From NCBI GenBank assembly GCA_964546795.1, contig CAZJKG010000005.1, forward strand, positions 1 through 46,512: a stretch of DNA of 46,512 nt, given 5' to 3'. The position numbers and the translations under genes were made by a program. The notes under the pieces were generated by a model that was given only the letters and a program-made list of their open reading frames with translations, did not search any database and had not been told where the DNA came from. Origin of the DNA: an uncultured Candidatus Saccharibacteria bacterium (GTDB taxonomy: Bacteria > Patescibacteriota > Minisyncoccia > Phycocordibacterales > Phycocordibacteraceae). Below, piece by piece: positions 39,351-46,512 of the stretch (position 1 is the stretch's first letter; each line of letters begins with the position of its first letter).

Positions 39351-39370
39351 ATATGCTTTCGGCGTATGAA

Positions 39371-39474
39371 TCCCGTTAGAAGTTCAACGCGCGCAGGATA
39401 TTTGTTGATTCAACTTTTATCGCAAAAGCTAGACTGACTTGCTAGTATCACTTGTATGGAAACTTCTAACGGGA
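39371..39474. mobile_element. MITE-like element copy 2
   Basis: Perfect 14-bp TIR TCCCGTTAGAAGTT / AACTTCTAACGGGA; flanks TGAA / CGAA. Confidence 0.65.
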
Positions 39475-40169
39475 CGAATCAAACACGTTTCTTTGTCGGA
39501 GCAGGCATTATTCTTGTTTTGGTTATTATCGGGATTTGGCAATTCTTTCCGCGCGCGGACACTCTTCAGCCGATCGAGGACCAACTTCAGCCACTGCCTA
39601 TCCAAATTGAGACCGCGACCTCTTCGGCCGCAAAGGCCGTTCTTCCGGATTCTGCAAGCCGTCCGATTGTCCACCCTCTTCCTCTCGCGGAAGGCGACAG
39701 TATCGCATCGTGGGATTTCAAAGGCGCATATGCGGCTAATCTGGAACTTACTGCAAAAGCGCAGAGCGAGATACTCCGCCTCTCCGATCTTCTTATTACC
39801 GCCACTTCGTCGAAAATGATACTTTCCGTCGGCGTCGCGAATCAATACGAGCTTCTTGGCGATGGCAAAAAACAATATGAGTATCTCGGGCGAGCGATAC
39901 TAGCAGATGTCGAGAACGGCCTTCCATTACACAACCTCGGCGTACTTATGGAGCGACTAGGCGCATATAAGACGGCGCGCATCGCGTACGAAAAATCCAC
40001 TCGCGTACAGCCGGGATTCAAATTCTACCACTATGCCTATATAGAATTTTTAACAACGCGGATGAAAGACGATAGGGCAACTATTGAAAAAGCGTTTTCA
40101 GATGCCGAGAAGAGTATCGGCCAAACACCCTATCTCGCTGAGCTTCGTGCCGAATGGGAGAAATCATGA
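39456..40169 (+). CDS. membrane-anchored TPR-like protein
   Basis: N-terminal TM; helical repeats YELLGD..YL.RAI, HNLGVLMERLG..A..AYEKS. Confidence 0.75.
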   Translation: METSNGTNQTRFFVGAGIILVLVIIGIWQFFPRADTLQPIEDQLQPLPIQIETATSSAAKAVLPDSASRPIVHPLPLAEGDSIASWDFKGAYAANLELTAKAQSEILRLSDLLITATSSKMILSVGVANQYELLGDGKKQYEYLGRAILADVENGLPLHNLGVLMERLGAYKTARIAYEKSTRVQPGFKFYHYAYIEFLTTRMKDDRATIEKAFSDAEKSIGQTPYLAELRAEWEKS

Positions 40170-42400
40170 CGGACAAGATTGCGAGAATATTCCCATATTT
40201 TCTTATCGCACCCGCGGTTCTTCCGCTCGTGTACGTAAGCGGTCTTGTGTATCCGTATGTTACGACCAAGACATTTTTACTTCAGGGAATCGGCATTATC
40301 GCAGTCGCCGCATTCGCGTACCTGGCGCTTTCCGGTCGACCGTTCTTTTATCAGCGCCTACGAGATCCGATTAGCTGGATCCCTTCTGCACTGCTTGCAG
40401 TTGCGTATACCGCTTCCCTTGGAGGCCTTGATTTCTATCGAAGCTTCTGGGGCCTTTTTGATCGCGGAGACGGGCTTCTGACGCTCACAATCATCACGGC
40501 CTTTTTCTACCTCGTTCTTATTTTTGCCGACGACATATTTTTAGAACGTCTTATAAAGACCATTGCGACCGTCGCCGGAATTGTTGCCGTTATTGCGGTT
40601 CTGCAATGGATAGAAACCGTCTTTGGCGCTGAATCGTCGTTCTTGCCGCCGATTACCGGGCGCATCGGAAGCACGTTCGGTAATGCGGCATTTCTTGCCG
40701 GCTATCTCGGCATGGCGTTCTTCGTGATTCTCATTGCGTGGAAGGACTCGATCGGCGTTTGGCGCCGGATCTATGCGGCTGCCGCCATCCTGTCGGTACT
40801 CGCGATACTTTTTGCAGCGACGCGCGGGACCATTCTCGCACTTCTTCTCGCTCTTTTTGTCGCGCTCGCGTATGTCGCGTGGAAAGGAGAAGGGAACGAC
40901 CGCCGCTTCGGTCGTTACGGCATCGTCAGCATTCTCTTCCTATGCGCCCTCTTTTTCGGATTCCGCGACCAGCTTGCACACGTTTCTTTTGAGCCGATTA
41001 AACGCATCGCTTCCATTTCGCTTACTGACGGCACAGTCGCGAGCCGCCTCTTCGTCTGGCAGACCGTCGGCGCAGAAGCGCTCCGGCATCCATTGCTTGG
41101 CTATGGCGCCGAACATGTTGCTCGGCTCTTTAACAAGATTTACGATCCTAGCAAGATCGTAGAGCAGTGGTTTGACCGCTCGCATAATGCATTTCTGGAT
41201 TACTTCGCGCAATACGGCGTTGTCGGTCTCGTGCTCTATCTTGCGCTCATCGTTGGGTTCGCTGTATCCGCGTTTCGGCTGTACCGCCGTTCTCTGTTCG
41301 GCCTCACGAATTCCGGCTTGCTTTTCTTGCTTCTTATTCTTACGTATTCGGTACAGAATTTTTTCGTCTTTGATACGCCCGCGTCGCTCTGGCTGTTATA
41401 CGCATTGTTCGCTACCCTCATCGCACTGACTTCGAACACATCCTCTGCCGCTTCCTTGCCCAAGCGCTTGCCGACGTTCGTGTCACCACTCATTAGCACT
41501 ACTTTATTTATTTTGATTATCCCGGTCATCGCGCTGCCGCTGTATGCCAACATCCTGCTCACAAAGGGATATCTCTATCACCTTATTGATGTCAATCGGG
41601 CTAATGCCTATTTTGGGCGCGGTCTCGCACTCGGGACGTACGCCGATCTCGAGTACGGCTATCAGGCCTACAGCATGTACACCGACCATCAAGCAACTCA
41701 GCTCTCGGGAGAAGATCGTGTTGCCGCGTATGAGTATGCGCTTTCGGTGCTAACGGCGAATTTCGAGAAATATCCGTATGATGCGCGAACCGCGACCTAC
41801 CTCGGACATGTCATAGATACGGCGCCGCCGGAAGCGGCGGTAGACGACGCATTTGACGAACAGGTACTCTCCCGTGCGATAGAACTCTCCCCACTGCGCG
41901 CACAAGCGTGGTATATGACGGCGAATATTTCTCTTCGAAAAGCCGATATGCTTTCTCAAAATGATGCAAGAAAAGTAACGTACTTTAAGGAAGCGATAAC
42001 CATACTTGAGGAATATGCGCAGAAAGAAACCTCACTTCCAGTGCCACGCTACATTCTTGCGACGCTCTACTACAAACTTGGCGATACGACGACGGCGAAG
42101 AAATGGGCTGATGAAGCACTACCCCTCTATACCGTACCGGATACGGCAGCAGCGGGGCCGGCCGTGAAGTACTATATAGCTATAGGGGATTGGCGAAACG
42201 CGGCGCGTTTCCTTGCGGATTTGGTTGAAAAGAATCCTTCCAACTACGATGTCCTCTATGATCTTGCGAAAGTGTCCTATCTCGCCGGAGACCTCGCCGC
42301 CGCGGAGCGGATTGTTCAGAAATTGCGTGCGGAGGACCCGGCGATACTCGGGACCGATCAGAATTTTCTTACCGCCATCACTGCGTATGAATCCCGTTAG
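40166..42400 (+). CDS. O-antigen ligase (Wzy_C)/O-oligosaccharyltransferase-like protein with TPR tail
   Basis: ~12 TM; RIGSTFGNAAFLAGY, ATRG, SRLFVW, PLLGYG, DRSHNAFLD; helical C-terminus. Confidence 0.88.
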   Translation: MTDKIARIFPYFLIAPAVLPLVYVSGLVYPYVTTKTFLLQGIGIIAVAAFAYLALSGRPFFYQRLRDPISWIPSALLAVAYTASLGGLDFYRSFWGLFDRGDGLLTLTIITAFFYLVLIFADDIFLERLIKTIATVAGIVAVIAVLQWIETVFGAESSFLPPITGRIGSTFGNAAFLAGYLGMAFFVILIAWKDSIGVWRRIYAAAAILSVLAILFAATRGTILALLLALFVALAYVAWKGEGNDRRFGRYGIVSILFLCALFFGFRDQLAHVSFEPIKRIASISLTDGTVASRLFVWQTVGAEALRHPLLGYGAEHVARLFNKIYDPSKIVEQWFDRSHNAFLDYFAQYGVVGLVLYLALIVGFAVSAFRLYRRSLFGLTNSGLLFLLLILTYSVQNFFVFDTPASLWLLYALFATLIALTSNTSSAASLPKRLPTFVSPLISTTLFILIIPVIALPLYANILLTKGYLYHLIDVNRANAYFGRGLALGTYADLEYGYQAYSMYTDHQATQLSGEDRVAAYEYALSVLTANFEKYPYDARTATYLGHVIDTAPPEAAVDDAFDEQVLSRAIELSPLRAQAWYMTANISLRKADMLSQNDARKVTYFKEAITILEEYAQKETSLPVPRYILATLYYKLGDTTTAKKWADEALPLYTVPDTAAAGPAVKYYIAIGDWRNAARFLADLVEKNPSNYDVLYDLAKVSYLAGDLAAAERIVQKLRAEDPAILGTDQNFLTAITAYESR

Positions 42401-42511
42401 AGGTCAAAACGGCGCGCAATGATATGCTAAGGATAATCAGTATGAGGTCGAACAGTCCATATTATCTTAAAATCGCGTAAGGAAATCTTTGATTTCCTAC
42501 CTCTAACGGGA
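42392..42511. mobile_element. MITE-like element copy 3
   Basis: Perfect 13-bp TIR TCCCGTTAGAGGT / ACCTCTAACGGGA; flanks TGAA / TGAA. Confidence 0.68.
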
Positions 42512-42660
42512 TGAACAATCAAGAAAATAATAATCGTCGCAATACCGAACGGCGCATACTTCCGTTCGTAGTTGAATTCGTGAAGTTCGTCACCGGATTT
42601 GCGGTGATTGTCGCGATCGCACTCCTCGCGCTACATTTTGCAAGCGCCGCGATGCAATAA
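42511..42660 (+). CDS. 49-aa single-TM protein (absent from ORF track)
   Basis: MNNQENNNRRNTERRILPFVVEFVKFVTGFAVIVAIALLALHFASAAMQ*. Confidence 0.6.
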   Translation: MNNQENNNRRNTERRILPFVVEFVKFVTGFAVIVAIALLALHFASAAMQ

Positions 42661-42795
42661 CTCTGCGGAGCCAATATACCGATCCTTTGCGATTGCGGTC
42701 CGCGCTATCCGCTATCCACAATACAATGCGGTCGCACTATAGTTTGGATAACGAGAAAGCTTGCACTCCCGTTCTATTCTGATAGAGTGCTTTTT

Positions 42796-42986
42796 GTACG
42801 AACCGAAGACCGTAAGTCCCGTTTTTTCCAAGAGCGAAGCGATTGGATATAAAAACGTGGATCCCGAAATCATCTTATGATGCCGAGGGATGCATGTTTG
42901 GAGACGGATGAATCTTACGCAGGGCGACCCTTTATCGCTTTTCTGAAAAGTGATAAGGGAGAACTCTCCTATATTTTCGTTCGTAC
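42796..42986 (+). ncRNA. L10 leader-like cis-regulatory RNA
   Basis: CCGAAGACCGTAAG ... CTTACGCAGG upstream of rplJ; closing stem GTACGAAC/GTTCGTAC; promoter TTGCAC-16-TAGAGT at 42761-42788. Confidence 0.6.
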
Positions 42987-43073
42987 GTTAGAAATAGCCA
43001 GCAGTAAGCAGGAGCACCAAGCAGGGAATTCAATTCCCCCTGCCCACGGCTTTCTGCCTGTTGCTAACAACTC

Positions 43074-43565
43074 ATGGCCATATCAAAAGACAAGAAGCGC
43101 GACATACTCGCGCGCCTCACCGATGCTTTTAAAGAAGCGTCCTCGATCGCATTCGTGGGATTCTCGAAGCTCACGGTCAAAGACGCTTCTCGGATGCGCA
43201 AGGAGCTTTCACAGGAAGGCGTGCAGTATTATGTCGCGAAAAAGACCCTTATCCGTAAAGCGCTTGATGCGCGCGGATATGCGGGCGAGGTGCCGACATT
43301 GCCCGGCGAGATCGCGGTGGTGTGGACCACGAGCGATACGACCGCACCGGCGCGCGGCGTGTACGAGTACGGCAAGAAGCTAAAAGGCGTTCTTTCGCTT
43401 CTGGGTGGTGTATTCGAGGGCACATTCCTCGATGCGGCAAAAATGACGGCGATCGCGACTATACCGCCTATGATTGTCTTGCGCGGCATGTTCGTGAATG
43501 TCATAAACTCGCCTATACAAGGATTGGTTATCGCACTTGATCAAATTAGTAAGAAAAAGCAATAA
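43074..43565 (+). CDS. rplJ: 50S ribosomal protein L10
   Basis: [33 protein letters not shown]; precedes rplL. Confidence 0.94.
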   Translation: MAISKDKKRDILARLTDAFKEASSIAFVGFSKLTVKDASRMRKELSQEGVQYYVAKKTLIRKALDARGYAGEVPTLPGEIAVVWTTSDTTAPARGVYEYGKKLKGVLSLLGGVFEGTFLDAAKMTAIATIPPMIVLRGMFVNVINSPIQGLVIALDQISKKKQ

Positions 43566-43567
43566 TT

Positions 43568-44029
43568 ATGGATGAAACAAAAATTGTGAGTGATGGTCAT
43601 GGTCCAACAGCCGCAGAGACTGTTACGACATCTGAACCTACGACCTTAATGGCAGAAGTTCCCTCAAAGTTTAAGAAACTTGTGGAAGAGATCGAGACCA
43701 TGACGGTTATCGAACTCTCCGAACTCGTAAAGGTACTTGAGGGTAAGTTCGGTGTCAGTGCTGCGGCCGTCGCCGTCGCAGGTCCTGCTTCCGGCGCTGC
43801 GCCGGAAGCAGAAGGAAAGTCAACTATGGACGTTGAACTCACTGATGCAGGCGCAACAAAAATTGCCGTCATCAAGGTGGTGAAAGAAGCGCTCGGGCTC
43901 GGTCTTAAGGAAGCAAAAGACCTCGTTGACGGTGCGCCTTCGATGCTCAAGCAGGGCATGAAGAAGGAGGATGCTGCAGAGCTTGGGAAAAAGCTTGAGG
44001 CGGCCGGAGCAAAGGTTACTTTAAAGTAA
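43568..44029 (+). CDS. rplL: 50S ribosomal protein L7/L12
   Basis: [48 protein letters not shown]; alternative start 43649. Confidence 0.96.
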   Translation: MDETKIVSDGHGPTAAETVTTSEPTTLMAEVPSKFKKLVEEIETMTVIELSELVKVLEGKFGVSAAAVAVAGPASGAAPEAEGKSTMDVELTDAGATKIAVIKVVKEALGLGLKEAKDLVDGAPSMLKQGMKKEDAAELGKKLEAAGAKVTLK

Positions 44030-44065
44030 TAACGGGCTACACATTCACTAAGCGAATGTTCGTCT

Positions 44066-44101
44066 AAAAGCAAAACTCGCCAAAAGGCGAGTTTTGCTTT
44101 T
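44066..44101. terminator. terminator after rplL
   Basis: AAAAGCAAAACTCGCC-AAAA-GGCGAGTTTTGCTTTT. Confidence 0.8.
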
Positions 44102-44132
44102 GACCGGCAGAACGTCTACACTGGCGGCATCC

Positions 44133-44702
44133 ATGGAATCGCTCGCCAAGATCTTCGGTTCGAACGCCCGTTTGAAAACCCTCCGGCTTTTCGTATTCAA
44201 TCAACATATCGCGTTTACGCTTGTTGACGTTGCGCAGAGGACCAAACTTTCCAAGGACGCCGTTCGCTATGAACTTGGCGAACTTCTCGCTGCCGGTCTG
44301 TTGCGTAAGAAGGGCAAACAACATTCTGTGCGGTATCAAACAAATCCGCGTTTTGAGCAGTTGGAAGCCCTAAACACCTTTGTTCGGGATACGACCAATG
44401 TGCGTCCGCGAAACATCATTACGGCGCTCAAACGCGCCGGAACAATTCGTCTCGTCGCTCTCTCAGGACTCTTTACGGGTATCCTCGAATCGCAAATCGA
44501 TCTCCTTGTCGTGGGCGACTTGCTTGAGGAACGCGCACTTGCGAGCGCCGTCCATTCCCTTGAGGCCGAGCTTGGACGTGAGATCCGGTATGCTGCCTTT
44601 GCGACGGCTGATTTCCGGTACCGTTTAGGGGTCTACGACCGTCTCCTCCGGGATGTTTTCGACTATCCACACCGCCTCCTCATCGATAAAATAGGGGTCT
44701 GA
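44133..44702 (+). CDS. winged-HTH plus degenerate nucleotidyltransferase-fold protein
   Basis: IFGSNARLKTLRLF..VRYEL..L.AAGLL (HTH); LSGLF..IDLLVVGD..ELGREIRY. Confidence 0.72.
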   Translation: MESLAKIFGSNARLKTLRLFVFNQHIAFTLVDVAQRTKLSKDAVRYELGELLAAGLLRKKGKQHSVRYQTNPRFEQLEALNTFVRDTTNVRPRNIITALKRAGTIRLVALSGLFTGILESQIDLLVVGDLLEERALASAVHSLEAELGREIRYAAFATADFRYRLGVYDRLLRDVFDYPHRLLIDKIGV

Positions 44703-44774
44703 ATGTGCTATACTTCCAGCAGATACTCGCGGTATCGCGCGAGTAATTAACCGCATAAACAAAGCGTTATCCAT

Positions 44775-45458
44775 ATGGTTTTCACTACATGGGCAGATGT
44801 GCTTAGCCAATCCTTCCAGAATCTTTTCTACGGATCGGTTGCGTTCATCCCCAACTTAGTTATCGCAATCGTCATATTCATCGTTGGTTGGCTCATCGGC
44901 GTTGGCCTCGGCCGCGTGGTTACACAGATCGTTAATTCGCTGCGTGTCGATCAGGCGCTCAGATCAACCGGCCTCGAAGGATTGCTTTCTCGCGCGGGTT
45001 ACGAGTTGTCCGCCGGAAGGTTCCTCGGTTTTCTCGTGGAGTGGTTCTTTATCATCGTCTTTTTGGTCGCGGCGCTCGACGTGCTCCATCTGACGACGGT
45101 GAATCTCTTCATCAGCGATGTCGTTCTCGGGTATCTTCCACAGGTGATTGTTGCGGTCTTGATTCTGCTTGTTGCGGCAGTCGTCGCGGAAGCGGCAGAG
45201 CGCGTTGTCACAGGTTCGGCGAAGGCGGCATCCATGCATGCGGCAAACTTCCTCGGCAAAGTCGCGCGTTACTCCATATGGATTTTCGCGATTCTCGCGG
45301 CGCTCGCGCAGCTTAATGTGGCTACGGCGTTCGTTCAGACCCTCTTCATGGGCGTCGTTATTGCCGTATCGCTTGCGGTCGGTCTCGCTTTCGGGCTTGG
45401 CGGTCAGGCCTCCGCAGCCCGCTATCTTGAGCATCTTCACTCGGAGATAAGGGACTAA
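44775..45458 (+). CDS. TM-helix-repeat (CmpX/MscS N-terminal-like) membrane protein
   Basis: Repeated FIPNLVIAIVIFIVGW / YLPQVIVAVLIL; GLAFGLGG. Confidence 0.85.
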   Translation: MVFTTWADVLSQSFQNLFYGSVAFIPNLVIAIVIFIVGWLIGVGLGRVVTQIVNSLRVDQALRSTGLEGLLSRAGYELSAGRFLGFLVEWFFIIVFLVAALDVLHLTTVNLFISDVVLGYLPQVIVAVLILLVAAVVAEAAERVVTGSAKAASMHAANFLGKVARYSIWIFAILAALAQLNVATAFVQTLFMGVVIAVSLAVGLAFGLGGQASAARYLEHLHSEIRD

Positions 45459-45471
45459 TAGATTCTCCTTT

Positions 45472-45504
45472 GCAAAACCGCTCTCTGGAAGAGAGCGGTT
45501 TTGC
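45472..45504. terminator. terminator-like hairpin
   Basis: GCAAAACCGCTCTCT-GGA-AGAGAGCGGTTTTGC. Confidence 0.7.
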
Positions 45505-45592
45505 TATGACTAGACGCGCAACAAAAGAAATTGTATTGTTTGCACAGAAGAAACTCATACTGTGTGGGTTTCATTTGAAATAGGAGGAAGTC

Positions 45593-46027
45593 ATGATGCA
45601 TTATGACTCTAGCAAGAACGGTGATGGATCGGGCTTCTACACGTACGAAGGGCGAACGGTGTACGTCAGATCAAGGACTCACACCTACGGAACCGTCTGG
45701 CGAAAGAAATATATGGTCAATGCTTGGCGAATGATTGACTGGATTGAGCAGCCGAGTTATGCACATTCCCTCTTCGTCAAAGAACTCGGACTCGTCGAAG
45801 TGAGCGTGGAAGTATTGAAGCTTGAGCCAAAGACACTGGAGGGAGTTACCGGGTTCATGGAACACATCCGCAAGCACACCGATGCCGCCGTCCAGGAACT
45901 CTCCCAGAAGCAAGGGGAAATCCGCAGTTCATTGACTCATTGGCAGGCGCTCGCAACCGAGGAAGACCGTGGCCAACGGGCTAATTCCATTCCTTGGCCG
46001 CCACAGGAATGCAAGCTGGTGGATTGA
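45593..46027 (+). CDS. hypothetical protein
   Basis: SD AGGAGG, 144-aa ORF, hairpin CGACCCGCC/GGCGGGTCG after stop. Confidence 0.65.
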   Translation: MMHYDSSKNGDGSGFYTYEGRTVYVRSRTHTYGTVWRKKYMVNAWRMIDWIEQPSYAHSLFVKELGLVEVSVEVLKLEPKTLEGVTGFMEHIRKHTDAAVQELSQKQGEIRSSLTHWQALATEEDRGQRANSIPWPPQECKLVD

Positions 46028-46094
46028 TCCGTTTACCCGTCCGAAGCTCACGACCCGCCCCCGGCGGGTCGTCCTTTTTCTAAATTGCTGCTGC

Positions 46095-46123
46095 TTGACG
46101 CCTGAACTCCGCTCCTCTATACT
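46095..46123 (+). promoter_or_regulatory. sigma70 promoter upstream of 23S rRNA
   Basis: TTGACG-17-TATACT; boxA-like ATCTTTGACA at 46250-46259. Confidence 0.7.
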
Positions 46124-46475
46124 CTCCACACGTGTCTACAAAAACAACAAACCTTTACCGATTGGGGATAGGCCTCTAAGGCCGCGCGTTTGTAACGCGA
46201 ACCGTCCCGCTTGGTAGCGGGACGGTTCGTTTTTTTGAGGGGCGCGCGAATCTTTGACATACGAACCCCGTACCACAACTCTCGCGGACTCACTTCGTTG
46301 TGACCCGTGCGGATGTGGCTCGTGAATACTCACGAACTTTACAAACGCGCTGTCTGTAAAGTTGTGGTACGGGGCGAATACGCATAGGTGAATCGTCCCT
46401 AAAAAGACGATTCATGTCCGCGACTCTGTCGCGGACGAAAAAGTGTAATTAGTGATCGTGATATATAGGTCTCCG

Positions 46476-46512
46476 TACGAGAGACATAAGAGTGCACGGT
46501 GGATGCCTTGGC
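46476..46512 (+). rRNA. rrl: 23S rRNA, 5' end (truncated; start approximate)
   Basis: TAAGAGTGCACGGTGGATGCCTTGGC matches the conserved 5' end of bacterial 23S rRNA. Confidence 0.88.

Noticed and set aside
42877-43383. 168-aa ORF overlapping rplJ
   Set aside because: Runs through the structured leader and out of frame over rplJ
1-46512. Alternative genetic code (TGA=Gly)
   Set aside because: Conserved genes are full length under code 11 and several end at TGA in expected positions

Overview
Chromosomal segment of a Patescibacteria (CPR) genome, most like Parcubacteria. Supporting signs are rplK with no rplA behind it, IleRS with a histidine-phosphatase insert, alpha2-type GlyRS, mostly SD-less genes with -10 boxes next to the start codon, and a 23S rRNA with no 16S upstream. 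It is mainly housekeeping: 4 tRNAs (one partial), uppS, RluA, rplS, secE-nusG-rplK, folA/CYTH/dcd/thyA/glyA, argS, ileS, recO, glyQS, metG, tatD, rpsF-ssb-rpsR, efp, ECF sigma, recA, ftsK, a surface-protein plus O-antigen-ligase-like cluster, rplJ-rplL and the start of 23S rRNA. The most novel-looking signal is three ~100-120 bp elements bounded by TCCCGTTAGA...TCTAACGGGA inverted repeats. Each sits in a start codon with a 4-bp duplication; the terminal A rebuilds the ATG, and in two cases the left end supplies the upstream gene's stop. Other highlights: a frameshifted cyclodipeptide synthase, an ALHH-motif IleRS, a fatty acid desaturase, a free-standing LAGLIDADG gene beside tRNA-Leu, an EF-P with a non-canonical loop and a terminator-containing 23S leader. 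All calls are by eye from motifs; no searches were run.
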